Positions 24,578-46,152 of a stretch of DNA of 64,000 nt are shown in pieces. Location: NCBI GenBank assembly GCA_012295275.1, contig CM022668.1:4774001-4838000 (forward strand). The letters run 5' to 3'. The first letter of the stretch is position 1; the number at the start of each line of letters is the position of its first letter. The stretch is from Chrysomallon squamiferum (lineage: Eukaryota > Animalia > Mollusca). The translations under genes were made by a program, and so were the position numbers. Below the pieces are notes generated by a model. It saw only the letters and a list, made by a program, of their open reading frames with translations, had not been told where the DNA came from and made no database searches.

Positions 24578-24702
<125 letters not shown>

Positions 24703-24979
24703 TTTGTGTTTATATCTGTGTTAATATAAAATGGATGTTGCTATTTTCTTATTGACTAACTATCTGTCATTCTGTAACTGATACCGCGGTAACTGAAGAA
24801 CACAGATGGCTTTTACAATATGTGTGTATGTAAGTAAATATATGCATATATATGTATGTATGTATATATATGTACATATACTTCGAAAGTTGCAAAAGTC
24901 ATCTGTGTGGATACAGATAAATATATATTAGGTGTTAGTTTCCGCAAATATTGAAACAAAGGTTTTTGTTGTAGACGAA

Positions 24980-25025
24980 ATGCTATTTTACGTTTTCCTT
25001 ACTTGTTTGGTCTGTGTGTCTGCAG
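24980..25025 (+). CDS. Extra FReD signal-peptide exon, a possible alternative first coding exon of FReD-4
   Basis: ATG..GCA G|GTGAGT, MLFYVFLTCLVCVSA, phase 1. The flanks are homologous to the FReD-1 5' region. Confidence 0.6.
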
Positions 25026-25421
25026 GTGAGTAACTGCCCGTATATATAAACACACACACACGCGTATACATAAACACACACACGTACATATAAACACACA
25101 CACGTACATATAAACACACACACGTATATATAAACACACACACGTATATATAAACACACACACACGTACATATAAACACACAAACGTATATATAAAAACA
25201 CATAAGCACACACGTACATATAAACACATATATAAACACGTATATATAAAACACACACACGTATATATAAACACACACACGTATATATACATACACACAC
25301 AACTACGGCAATTACAACAACGAAAAACAATAATAATATTGAATATCAATTAATAAATTAAAACATATACACACACACGTATATATAAAAACACAACGTA
25401 TATATAAAAACACACACACAC

Positions 25422-25538
<117 letters not shown>

Positions 25539-26042
25539 GTTGCGTTTGTGTTTATATCTGTGTTTATATCTGCCGGAGAATTTTCAACCCGCCATAACCG
25601 ACCGTTATACAGGCTGACGTTAGTTTTACGTACGACTGTCAGGTTTTAGCTTTAGCTGTTTATCCCGTGTCAATGTTAGGTGTTACTTTTAGGTATTAGA
25701 TTTACGTACGAGTGTTAGGTGTTATCTGTTAGATTTAGCTGCTAGTACTGTGTGTCAATGTTAGGTGTTACTTTGAGCTTCAGGTGCTGGTACCACGTGT
25801 CAGTGTTAGGTGTTACTGTTAGGTATGATTGTTACTGTTTTGTTTTTTACATGAGATAACTATCTGGCTTTCTGTAACTGATGCCGAAGTACAACAACAT
25901 CTGTGTTCTTCAGTTACTTTGGTATCAGTTACAGACAGCCATATATATATGTGTGTGTTTGTGATTGTATGGAGATTAAACAGCCGACTTTTATAAACAT
26001 TTCCGCAGATCTTGAAACAAACAGTTTTTTGTTGTGGACGAA

Positions 26043-29017
<2,975 letters not shown>

Positions 29018-29594
29018 TAATTTGAATAAACTGCAGTCAGCTGCGATATATTTGTTGTGTTTTTCTTAATTGTACTAAATGTTAGAGTGTTTGTGTTTCT
29101 GTGTCTCTCTGTGACTGTGAATGCCCATTTTTTGAAAGGTTGTCATTTGTATTCACCTAATATTTTGTATTAATTTTTTTTTTTTTTTTTTGGAATCAGC
29201 TTATTTTTCTTCTGTTTAATAATCATTTTCAAAATTTATCAATAACAATTATAATAAGAACGACAATAACATAATAGAAATGTACACATTAATAATAAAA
29301 TGTACCTACCGAGTCTATCATAGAGATCAAAAAGGACACACTAACGTTTGTCAGTCTCTCTTTCTGTATTTTTGTCTCACTGAAACATTCATTTGTTCTC
29401 CTTACTAAATTAAATGAATCATGAGAAACTGAAGATAAAAAATTTAGATATTGTTGTGCAACTTTCAAAACAACTCATAAAGAACATTTAATTATATATT
29501 TTACGTCGTATTTGTCTTATGTACATGTTGGCAAGAAAAGAAGAAGAAGAAAAGAAGAAGAAAAGAAGAAGAAGAGAGAGAAGGAGAGAGAAGA

Positions 29595-29662
<68 letters not shown>

Positions 29663-29995
29663 GTAAGTCTCACATTTGAAATATTCAGTTAATGTACTGA
29701 TACAAGAAGCAAAAATGACTGAAAATGCAATATGTTTTTGTTTTTGTTTTTTTGTCTGCTGGTTCCAACATGTCTGATTGTATCAGTCACAACTTGAAGG
29801 CTGGGCTTGGGGATATGAGTATTGGCCTGGAACGTAAATTATTTGTTTTATGTTTATGCTTTTTATATTTTTTTTTACTCTTTTAGTATCATTAGTGTCA
29901 GATCGTTTGTAACTGTAATACTACTACTACAACTACAATTACTTCTGCTATTGCTACAAAGAATACTACTGCCCGTAATAATAATGTGATTCCAG

Positions 29996-30092
29996 ATACT
30001 TCAGCATAGTACTGATGGTACTGAAGATTTCAACAGACCTTGGCAGGAGTATATCGTTGAATCTGGATCTGTGATGAACTAATCTTAGTTTA
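29996..30092 (+). pseudogene. Degenerate orphan exon C
   Basis: ttccag|atacttcagcatagtactgatggtactgaagatttc..tggcaggagtat..gatgaactaa, with an in-frame stop. Confidence 0.75.
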
Positions 30093-31090
30093 ATTTTTAT
30101 TAATTTATGTCAATAGTCAATAAAACAGTATTACGAGGTTTTCATGATAAGCTATATAAGAAAAACACAGAACCAACCAACGGAAAAAAAAAAAAGGGGG
30201 GGGGAACAGACAAAGAAAACACAACAAAGATTATTAAATATAAATTTGTTATTTAGTAATAAGTTGCTCACGATTTTCATTTCAGATAAAATGTAGATTA
30301 ATGGTGTATTACGCTGAATAGACTATTTAAACCGAAAATGTAGACCTGTTTTGTTTCATATTGTGTCTTTTATTTGAAAAACAAAACAGCTATAAAAGGT
30401 AACACGTCAGGAAAGACAACTCTATACAATCGTCTGTAGCAGGACATTTCGATTATAAATAAACAAACAAACAAACAAACAAACAAACAAAATAAAGAAA
30501 TAATGAAATAAAAAGAAAAAACATAAAATAAAATAACAAATTCAAGAACGACAAGTGATAAATAATATTACATTAAAAAAGTAAATGTGTATTGTTTCAG
30601 GGGTATCATTACAAAAACTGCAAGTCTTATCATAATTGTATTAAGAACCTTTTATTCTTAATTAGATTTCCAATACATCCTAAAGCAGTTTCGTGATTGT
30701 AATTTAAAACAGTTAAAGGGCTGTAAATGTTTAGGAACTCTCTTCGCTTCTTGGTTCATATTCTGTCTTGACTTTGGTAAGCAGCTATAAGAGTAACAGG
30801 TCAGAAAAGACAAATCTATATCATCGTCTGAAGGAGGAAAAGTAAATTATAAAAAATAGATAAATAAATAAAATAATAAGTAAATAAATAAATAATAAAT
30901 AAATAAATAAGTAATAAAATAAATAAATAAATAGGCAATAACTGAAGATTAATTGAAAATGCGAAAAGAAACAGTGATGTAGGTAATGTAAAAGATCGTA
31001 AAAGGAAAAGAAAATTGTGTATTACGCTGAATAGATTACTTAAAAGGAACATTTAGACCTGTCTTGTTTGACATTAAAGAAACTAGCAAA

Positions 31091-31133
<43 letters not shown>

Positions 31134-32945
31134 ATTAATTAAATAAGACAAAATTAAATTAACACAATTCAAGAAGGACAAGTGATAAGTCATGTTACAT
31201 TAAATAGTTAAAGTTGTTTTGTTTCAGGTGTATCATTACACAAACTTTAAGTACGACTATCATTTTACTAAGAACCTTTCTTAAATTATATTACCAATAC
31301 ATCCTGAAGCCATTATGTGAACGCCATTAAAATGAGTTAAAGGGGGGCAACTCTTTAGGAACTCTCTCGGTTTATTGGATTTAAGAAACATTCTATTTAT
31401 TATATTATTATATATTTAATTTTATTTTGTTTTGATTTGTTTTATTTTATTTTATTTATTTATTTTGCTCGAAATAAACCTTTCCTAATTCCTGTTACAT
31501 GTTTGCTTTCCACCAAAACTGTTAGAATATACAGACACTAATAAAATAGAAATATTTTTCTTATTCAAAATAAAGGAATGATTTAAGTAAATGCAACGAT
31601 CGTAAAGAAACAAAAAGAAAACAAATTACATTCTTCATCCATGCTCTGCAGGCTAGATAAAACAAGTTACGGATTTTGTCTAATTTATTAAAAAAATATA
31701 TATATTTATAAAACGTGTATCTTTACTGCTAGGAATAAAACTTATTTATATCTCTAGACCTTTACTGTTCTACGTGCCTTGTCATCGCTGATAACTGAGT
31801 ATCAGAATAAAATAACACAAAATATCCGAATGTTACCTTTCCAAACCTTTGCAGATGGTTTCATGAAATGGAGGAGCTTGTGGATATGGTCAGAACGAAA
31901 TCCCTCCAAAAAATGTCTCATCAAAAACGCCAATCAAAATATTCCTAAGCCTAAACGTAATGGCGTCCCAGTTAGTCTTTTCACTCTTTGAAGTATTTTA
32001 ATCTTGTGTATCTCTATCCGTCTTTCTATTCACCTATTTATCTGTGTTTCAAAAAGTCATATTAACCTGTGATACATTATAATCATGATTACAGTGAAAT
32101 GAGATGAATATCAAATTGGAGGGAATAACAGACATTGTTGTTCAGCTGGCTGCGGTTTTAACACTCATTTATTATTAATTTGCATGGTTATATTTCTGTA
32201 TATGAAGAACGAATTTTGCATAGGTAATATTTATTAATAATGAATGCAATCGTCTATTATGCCAGTAGAAAACTGTTTCACATTATTGTTTTATTTTTAT
32301 TATTATTTTTTTTTTTTTGTTGTCTTTCTTTAGTTTGCGATATTTTATTTCGCATGGATTGTAGTGTGTGCGTGTAAATGTTAACATTGAAATATAACTT
32401 TCAGAAGAAAGCATAAAGAATATTTAAATATACATTTTACAAAAGATCTGACCCTAATGATGATAGAATAAAAAAAAATGTGTACAGTATAAACATAAAA
32501 TAAATAATTTATCTTCCAGTCCTATAGGAATATCCCAAACCCCAGCCTTCAATCTGTGACTCAGCTACAGTCAGACATGTTGGAACCAGCAGAAAATATT
32601 TCATTTTTCAGTCTTTTCTCTTTCTTGTAGTCAGCACTTTGTCGAGCTGTGTGAACACTGCAAACGTGAGACTTATAAATGTTTCTTTTTTTTTTTTTTT
32701 TTTTTTTTTTGTCAACGTGTACAAAGGATAAATAAGACGTAAAATATATAATTAAATATTCTTTATACGTTGTTTTGAAAGCTGCACAGCTGTTAAATAA
32801 CAATATTTTAATTCTTTATCTTCAGTATCTCATCGATTAATTTAAATTAGTTAGGAAGACAAATGTAAGTTACAGTGGAAATCAACAACAGTAAACTTTC
32901 ATATCTTGCATCATCTGTTACTTGGTTAAACAATGGATGGATAGA

Positions 32946-33030
32946 TGTGTCCTTTCTGATCTCTAGGATAGACTTGGTAGATCCAGTTCTCATTTTTGCC
33001 TTGTTTTCTTATCTCTTCACAGTCCTCTGG
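32946..33030 (-). pseudogene. Inverted exon B fragment, paralogous to 21769-21853
   Basis: Minus strand reads PEDCEEIRKQGKNENWIYQVYPRDQKGH. Confidence 0.8.
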
Positions 33031-33228
33031 TCAAGCTCGCTGTTTCTATCGCTGGTGTTTTACGATGAATAGATTACTTCAACGGAAAATGTAGACCTGT
33101 CTTGTTTCATATTGAGTCTTGTGTTTGAAAAACAGCTATAAAAGGTAACACGTCAGGAAAGACAACTCTATATAATCGTCTGTAGGAAGACATCTAAATT
33201 ATAAATAAATAAATAAATAAGTAAATAA

Positions 33229-33280
<52 letters not shown>

Positions 33281-34529
33281 AAATAAATAAATTAAATAAG
33301 ACAAAATTAAATTCACACAATTCAAGAACGACAAGTGATAAGTAATATTACACTTAAATAGTTAATACTGTTTTGTCTCAGGTGTATTATTACAAGAACT
33401 TTAAGTATTACTATCATTTTATTAAGAACCTTTTTTAAATTATACTACCAATACATCGTGAAGCCATTTTATGAACGCAATTTAAATGAGTTAAAGGGGG
33501 GAAACTCTTTAAAAACTCTCTCGGTTTATTGGATTTAAGAAAGATTCTGAAGAACTAGACGATATTTTCTATTTATTATTTATTTATTTGTTTTATTTTA
33601 TTTTGTTTTGATTTATTTTATTTTATTTATTTATTTATTTTGCTTGAAATAAACCTTTCCTAATATCTGGTACACGTTTGCTTTGCACCAAAACTGTTAG
33701 AATATACAGACACTAATAAAATAGAAACATTTTTCTTATTCAAAATAAAGGAATGATTTAAATACATTTAACGAAAGCAAAGAAAGAAGGTTACACATCT
33801 AGCAATAACATTATTTATATCTCTTTTGTCTAATTTAATTTATAAAATATGTATATATTTGTAAAAAGTATATCTTTAGTGCTAGGAATAAAATTTATTT
33901 ACATCTGTAGACTTTTATTGTTCTACGTGCCCTGTCATCGCTGATAACTAAGTATCAGAATAAAATAACACAAAACATTCGAATGTTATCTTTCTAACCC
34001 TTTGCAGATGGTTTCATGATCTTGCTGCATAGGTATGGAATAAGATAATTATTTATTGATTGATATATTCATGTATTTTATTTTATTTTTTCTTTTAATT
34101 TTATTAGTCTTATTTCTACAGCTAATTAATCCGCCATGTACGGGAAAACATCGCATATTTTCTCGAAATGGAGGAGCTTGTCGATGTGGCTAAAACGAAA
34201 TCCTTCAAAGCAATGTCTCATACAAAACGCCAGTCAAAAGGTTTCGAATCCTAAACGTAATGGCGTCCAAGTTAGTCTTTGCACTCTTTAAAGTATTTTA
34301 AACTCTCTATCAGTGAATCTATTCACCTATTTATCTGTTGATGATACATTATAATCATGAATACAGTAAAATGAGATGAACATCAAATTGGTGGGATTAA
34401 TACATATTGTTGTTCAGCTGTGTGCGGTTTTAGCACTCACAGAGACACAGAGACAGGCAGACACACAAAAACTCTCATATTTAATATAAATAAGAAAAAC
34501 AAAACAAATATATCACAGCTGACAACACT

Positions 34530-35197
<668 letters not shown>

Positions 35198-35244
35198 CTG
35201 TAAAAAAGACTGTAAATGTAGTGAATGAAACGTATATCAATTTT

Positions 35245-35312
<68 letters not shown>

Positions 35313-35880
35313 GGAATCTCTCTCTCAATAATTATATAAATTTATTTGAATTTTATATATATATATATATATGAATGTATGTATGTATGTATGTATATGA
35401 ATATGTGTGTGTTTTGTGTGTATAGGAAACACACACATATTCACATAAATATATATATATGCATATGAATATATATATATTTATATGAATATGTGTGTGT
35501 GTTTCTAAAATGGTTTAACGAAGTAACAGATGATGCTAGTTAGACAAATATGTAGTTATTGATTTCTACAGAAATATCTCCTAATATCCTAATCGATTTT
35601 GTTTGAAGCGGTGCTTAAATAATAATCAAAATAATGATGATTATGATGATGATGATGATGATGATTATGATGATGATGATGATAATAATAATAATAATAA
35701 TAATAGTAAGAAGAAGAAGAAGAAGAAGAATAGGAATGCTTATAATAATTATTTGTTTACGAAACATTTGAACGTCATTTGACGTACTTAACGGACTACA
35801 GAAGCAGTCTCTATGACTACAAAAAAAAAAACGTTAAAACAAACCAGTCCGCAGCATACGTGATGACGTCACTAGTCCAG

Positions 35881-35919
<39 letters not shown>

Positions 35920-36225
35920 AAGAAAAAACGACGCACTGATATGAAATTGTCTATTTTTAATTTTTAATTTTTTGTAAATTTTTGTATGTTACACAACATA
36001 ATTATGTCTTAATTTACTGTAGTTATGATGTTTTGGTGTATAGACCTGATTAATTTGCTCAAAACATTCCGTGTAATGTACACAAAACTACATAAATAAA
36101 TTTGTCCTTCCAAATTGAAATAAAGAAATAAAATAAAATAAAACAAAATAAAATAAAATAATAATACATGCATACACACATATGAAAATACACAAAAACA
36201 AAAAACAATAAAACACATGTTTCAC

Positions 36226-36434
36226 ATAGTGATGATTTCTAAATACCATGGCAGGAGTATACAGCTGGATTTGGATCTGTGATGAACGAATCTTGGTGAA
36301 GTAGTATTTATTATTAATTAATGTCAGAAGTTAATAAAGTCAGCTTTAGCACGTTTTCATGATAAGTTACATAAGAAAACCACAATGAAAAAAAAAAAAA
36401 ACAAAGAAGAAATAGTTTTCAGTGGAAACAAAAA

Positions 36435-36489
<55 letters not shown>

Positions 36490-36738
36490 ATGTAGAAATC
36501 TTGGAACTAAACAAGTTTAATTGACGTTTGAGAAAGTCGACAGAACAATGAGAGAAAGAAAGAAAAAGAAAACGCTAGGAAGAAAGAAATATAAAGAAAA
36601 AGAAAACGCGAGGAAGAAAGAAATATGAAGAAAAAAGAAAGCAAAAATAATAATGAAAAGAACATAGTGAAGATTTATACAGAATATGTCAGGAGTGTAT
36701 AGTTGGATTTGGATCTGTGATGAATGAATGTTGGTTAA
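36226..36738 (+). pseudogene. Two degenerate exon C fragments (~36226-36300 and ~36666-36738)
   Basis: Both carry the ggatttggatctgtgatgaa motif preceded by gtga.gattt...caggagt. Confidence 0.65.
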
Positions 36739-37227
36739 GTAAAATTTAAACAATTTCTGTTTGTTGTCAGTAAAGTCAGTTTGAAGGGATGACAAACACA
36801 CACACACACACACACAGGACACACACACACACACATAAATGAGAAATAGGACAAAACATAGACATGAGGACATAGATGTATACATTTATACATACATTCA
36901 TACAATTCAAACATAACATACATACATGAATGAAATTAACAAAAAAATAGGAAAATACCTCTCAGCAAAAAAAGAAAAAAAACAACATTCAATAAAAGTA
37001 AAATAAATGAAAAATAAAGAAAAAACACTTTACAAAGTAGAAAATATACATAGATGTATAAATAATAAAATATTTAACAAAGGAATAGTTTAGGAAAATG
37101 ACTTTCAGCAAAATAAGAAATGTTACCTAAAAAAAATTACCACCAATAAAGAGATCCAAATGCAACATATATTCCGACCAATAAAATTATGAAACTACTG
37201 AATATTGAATTAATTGAGGTAAATGGG

Positions 37228-40074
37228 ACAACCTCACCAATAAAATGAAATATGAAATAGGACAATAAAATGAGAAAAACAAATAAAATGAGAAAAAGGA
37301 CAAAATACACCAATAAAATGAGAAATATGACAATACCTCACCAATAAAATGAGAAATATGACAATACCTCACCAATAAAATGAGAAATATGACAATACCT
37401 CACCAATAAAATTAGAAAAATATGACAATACCTCACCAATAAAATGAAAAATGACTAAACTACACAATAAAATGAGAAATATGACAACTTCACCAAAAAA
37501 TGAGAAATAACTCCACTTCTTCACCAATAAAATGAGAAATATGACAATACCTCACCAATATCACCAAAATGAGAAATATGACAATACCTCACCAATAAAA
37601 TGAGAAATATGACAATACCTCACCAATAAAATGAGAAATATGACAATACCTCACCAATAAAATGAGAAATATGAGATCCAAAAATGAGAAACCTCACCAA
37701 TAAAATGAGAAATATGACAATACTTCACCAATAAAATGAGAAATATGACAATACCTCACCAATAAAATGAGAAATATGACAATACCTCACCAATAAAATG
37801 AGAAATATGACAATACCTCACCAATAAAATGAGAAATATGACAATACCTCACCAGCAATGAGAAATAAAATGAAAATGAAAAAATGAGAAATATGACAAT
37901 ACCTCACCAATAAAATGAGAAATATGACAATACCTCACCAATACCTCAGAAATAAAATGAATAAAATAAAATGAGAATATGACAATACCCTCAAAATAAA
38001 AAGGACAATACCTCACCAATAAAATGAGAAATATGACAATACCTCACCAATAAAATGAGAAATATGACAATACCTCACCAATAAAATGAGAAATATGACA
38101 ATACCTCACCAATAAAATGAGAAATAGGACAATACCTCACCAATAAAATGAGAAATAGGACAATGACCAATAAAATGAGAAATATGACAATACCTCACCA
38201 ATAAAATGAGAAATATGACAATACCTCACCAATAAAATGAGAAATATGACAATACCTCACCAATAAAATGAGAAATATGACAATACCTCACCAATAAAAT
38301 GAGAAATATGACAATACCTCACCAATAAAATGAGAAATATGACAATACCTCACCAAAAAATGAGAAATATGACAAGACCAATAAAATAAATGAGAAATAT
38401 GACAATACCTCACCAATAAAATGAGAAATATGACAATACCTCACCAATAAAATGAGAAATATGACAATACCTCACCAATAAAATGAGAAATATGACAATA
38501 CCTCACCAATAAAATGAGAAATATGACAATACCTCACCAATAAAATGAGAAATATGACAATACCTCACCAATAAAATGAGAAATATGACAATACCTCACC
38601 AATAAAATGAGAAATATGACAATACCTCACCAATAAAATGAGAAATATGACAATACCTCACCAATAAAATGAGAAATATGACAATACCTCACCAATAAAA
38701 TGAGAAATGACCAATAAAATGAGAAATATGACAATACCTCACCAATAAAATGAGAAATATGACAATACCTCACCAATAAAATGAGAAATATGACAATACC
38801 TCACCAATAAAATGAGAAATATGACAATACCTCACCAATAAAATGAGAAATATGACAATACCTCACCAATAAAATGAGAAATATGACAATACCTCACCAA
38901 TAAAATTAGGAGAAATATGACAATAAATCACCAAAAAATGAGAAAATGAGACAATGACAATCACCAATAAAATGAGAAATATGACAATACCTCACCAATA
39001 AAATGAGAAATAATATGACAATACCTCACCAATAAAATGAGAAATATGACAATACCTCACCAATAAAATGAGAAATATGACAATACCTCACCAATAAAAT
39101 GAGAAATATGACAATACCTCACCAATAAAATGAGAAATATGACAATACCTCACCAATAAAATGAGAAATATGACAATACCTCACCAATAAAATGAGAAAT
39201 ATGACAATACCTCACCAATAAAATGAGAAATATGACAATACCTCACCAATAAAATGAGAAATATGACAATACCTCACCAATAAAATGAGAAATATGACAA
39301 TACCTCACCAATAAAATGAGAAATATGACAATACCTCACCAATAAAATGAGAAATATGACAATACCTCACCAATAAAATGAGAAATATGACAATACCTCA
39401 CCAATAAAATGAGAAATATGACAATACCTCACCAATAAAATGAGAAATATGACAATACCTCACCAATAAAATGAGAAATATGACAATACCTCACCAATAA
39501 AATGAGAAATATGACAATACCTCACCAATAAAATGAGAAATATGACAATACCTCACCAATAAAATGAGAAATATGACAATACCTCACCAATAAAATGAGA
39601 AATATGACAATACCTCACCAATAAAAAAAAGATGATGACAATACTCACCAACAAAAATAAAATGAGAAATAGGTTAGAAATAGGACCTCACTCTGCCAAA
39701 ATTACCTCCAGAAAGAAATAGGACAATACCTTACCAATAAAATGAGAAATAGGATAATACTTCACCAATAAAATTAGAAATAGGACAATATCGTACCAAT
39801 AAAATGAGAAATAGGAGAATACTTCACCAATAAAATTAGAAATAGGACAATACCGTACCAATAAAATGAGAAATAGGACAATATCTCACAAGTAAAATGA
39901 AAAATAGAACCGTACCTCAACAATAAAGTGATAAATAGAACAATATCTCTACAATAAAATGAGAAATAGCACAATAACTCACCAGTAAAATGAGAAATAG
40001 GAAATCGCTCACAAGTAGAATGAGTAATAGGACAATACCTCACGAGTAAAATTAGAAATAGGACAATTGCTCAC
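37228..40074 (+). repeat. 31-bp satellite/minisatellite array, about 2.8 kb
   Basis: Unit gacaatacctcaccaataaaatgagaaatat in head-to-tail order, with a homogeneous core and degenerate edges. Confidence 0.97.
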
Positions 40075-40240
40075 GTTTACCTTTATCAATAAAAATAAAT
40101 AAATAAATAAATAAACTAGAAAAGTTGTGTTAACAACACAATTCACTTATTTAATTTTTTCAGATTCCTTTAATTGTTTGTTATAATACTTCTGACTGTG
40201 ATTGTGAACATTAAAGGCATAAATATTTTAAAGGTTTCAG

Positions 40241-40337
40241 GTTTTTCAGGGTTGTACTGATGGCAGTGAAGGTTTCTACAGAATATGGCAGGAGTATGTG
40301 GTTGGATTTGGATATGCGATTAATGAAATTTGCTTAG
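40241..40337 (+). other. Orphan FReD exon C with an open frame and both splice sites
   Basis: tttcag|VFQGCTDGSEGFYRIWQEYVVGFGYAINEICL G|gtaata. It is 97 nt, the same length as functional exon C. Confidence 0.75.
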
Positions 40338-40457
40338 GTAATATTTATTATTAATGTATGTCAGTAATCAATAAGAAAAAAACCACAGCAGCGTTTACAA
40401 GGTTTTCATGAAACGTACGAACAACAAACGAAAAACAACATCAACAACAAAAAAAAA

Positions 40458-40530
<73 letters not shown>

Positions 40531-40841
40531 GTAATAATAATAATAAAAAGAGAAGAAAAAGTACCGAGAATAAAAAAAACAAAAAAAACAAACAACAACA
40601 ACAATAAAGATTGATACATGCAAATGTTATTTAGTAATAAATTTGGTCACGATTTTCATTTCAGATGAAATGTAGGTTGGGTCTTTCTCAGAGTATGTGC
40701 AGATAAGCGTGTGCTCGTTTATTGTGTGCGGGTGTTTCTGTCTGTTGCAGAACAGACCCTCCTGAATATTATCGATTTTTTATTTTTATTTTTTAATACT
40801 TTGTTTTGTTTTTTTGTTTCAGGTCTACACTATAGATAGGT

Positions 40842-40945
<104 letters not shown>

Positions 40946-41119
40946 GTTTCAAACTGATGCGTATTTCAGTTACATAATAAAAATACTTTTCTTTATTACT
41001 TTTATTTATTTATTTATTTATTTATTTCAGTGCAACTAGCAATCCGCCATAATCTGCCCCTCGTGTAGGATTATAATAGGAAAACACAATGACTGGAGGA
41101 AAGAAAGAGACAGCGGAGA

Positions 41120-41550
41120 TAGGTATTATTGTTAGGTATTTTTGTTAGGTGTTAATGTTAGGTTTTATTGTTAGGTGTTAATGTTAGGTATTATTGTTAG
41201 GTGTTAATGTTAGGTATGTTTCTTAGGTATTTTTGTTAGGTGTTAATGTTAGGTTTTTATTTTAGGTGTTAATGTTAGGTATGTTTGTTAGGTGTTAATG
41301 TTAGGTTTTTATTTTAGGTGTTAATGTTAGGTATGTTTGTTAGGTGTTAATGTTAGGTATTTTTGTTAGGTGTTAATGTTAGGTGTTAATGTTACGTATG
41401 TTTGTTTGGTGTTAATGTTAGGTATGTTTTTTTGGTGTTAATGTAAGGTATTTCTGTTTTAATGTTAGGTACTATTGTTCAGTATGAAAGCTGAGTGTCA
41501 GTGTTAGGTGCGGGTGTTACGATTTTGCTGTTACTGAAGTGTTAGGTGTT
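41120..41550 (+). repeat. TTAGGT-based tandem repeat upstream of FReD-6
   Basis: Repeated tgttaggtgttaatgttaggtat variants. Confidence 0.85.
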
Positions 41551-41643
41551 GGTTTCATTTGTATATATTCGTGGAGATTAAACAGACGACTATCATAAAC
41601 TTTTCTGGCAGATCTTGAAACAAACATTTTAGTTGTAGACGAA

Positions 41644-44711
<3,068 letters not shown>

Positions 44712-45458
44712 TAATTTGAATAAAGTGTTGTCAGCTGCGGTATATTTGTTTTGTTTTTCTTAAATGTATTAAATGTGAAAGTGTTGATGTTTCTGTATCT
44801 CTCTGTTACTCTGAGAATGGCCTTTTTCATCAGACATTGTTTTTCAGAGATGTTCGGTTTCGCTATATCGACCATCTCTTTCATCTTGGGAAAATATGTG
44901 ATGTCTCGGCGTATATCACAGATTAATTTCCTTTAAAATGAAATATAATAAAATAAAATAAAAAAGAAATTAAATGAAAAAAAAAAAAAAAAATAGTATT
45001 AAAATTAAGAAATGAATATGTGATTTCATGCGCTTACAATGACGTAATGAGTCCAGTTGTAAAGGGTAAAAATGATCATTAATGTTTTTTATGAGTTTTA
45101 TTGTATTGTGATACTTTATAATCATCTATGACAGGTCACCCAGCGTAATAAAAGTGTAGATATTTTAATAATTTTTATTCCTAGCAGTAAAGATAGATTT
45201 ATATATGTAAAACGTGATATCGAACTATGAGAAAGTGCATGAATGAAGTATATTTTCTTGTTCTTCCTTTACGTTCGTTACATTTATTTAAATCATTCCT
45301 ATATTTTGAATAAGAAAAATGTTTCTATTTTATTAGTGTTCGTATTTTCTGCTAGTTTCGGTGGAAAATAAACATGTAACAGAAATCAGGAAAGGTTCAT
45401 AAATAAATAAATAAATAAATAATTTTATAAATAAAATTACAACAACAACAACAACAAC

Positions 45459-45513
<55 letters not shown>

Positions 45514-45744
45514 TTAACATCTGTCATTCCATACGCATGTAGTGACGTCATGAGTCCAGTTTTAAAGTCACATTCTAATGTTTTGTAACAGTGTTATTTT
45601 ATTGTGATACTTTGTTATCAGCGTTGACAGGTCACTCAAAACAATAAAAAATATTTTACTATTATATATTTTATAATTTAGGTTATCGTAATTTTTCTTG
45701 TTTTTTTTTGTTTTTTTTTAAATATTAGTACACATTATTTGTAA

Positions 45745-45788
<44 letters not shown>

Positions 45789-45798
45789 ATAATAATAA

Positions 45799-45829
<31 letters not shown>

Positions 45830-46070
45830 AAATAATAAAATAATAATAATAAAAAGAACAAATGTTTTTGTAAAAACACATAGAACGTCTGAATTATAAC
45901 TGATTACAAGAGAAATTCTGTTGAAGGAATAACTTACATCAGTCTGTAAATATCATCTAGCATAATATAAAACATTGATAACAAAAAAGTGTTACTTCAA
46001 AGACAAAATGTTTCAGTCGTGACAGATTGTACACAGATAGGAGACAATATTTTCAATAATTAACAATAAA

Positions 46071-46152
<82 letters not shown>

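Noticed and set aside
37228-40074. CRISPR-like array of ~31-bp repeats
   Set aside because: Units are head-to-tail with no unique spacers, there are no cas genes, and the context is eukaryotic. It is a satellite.
41120-41550. Interstitial telomere
   Set aside because: There are no true (TTAGG)n or (TTAGGG)n runs; the motif is embedded in longer compound units.
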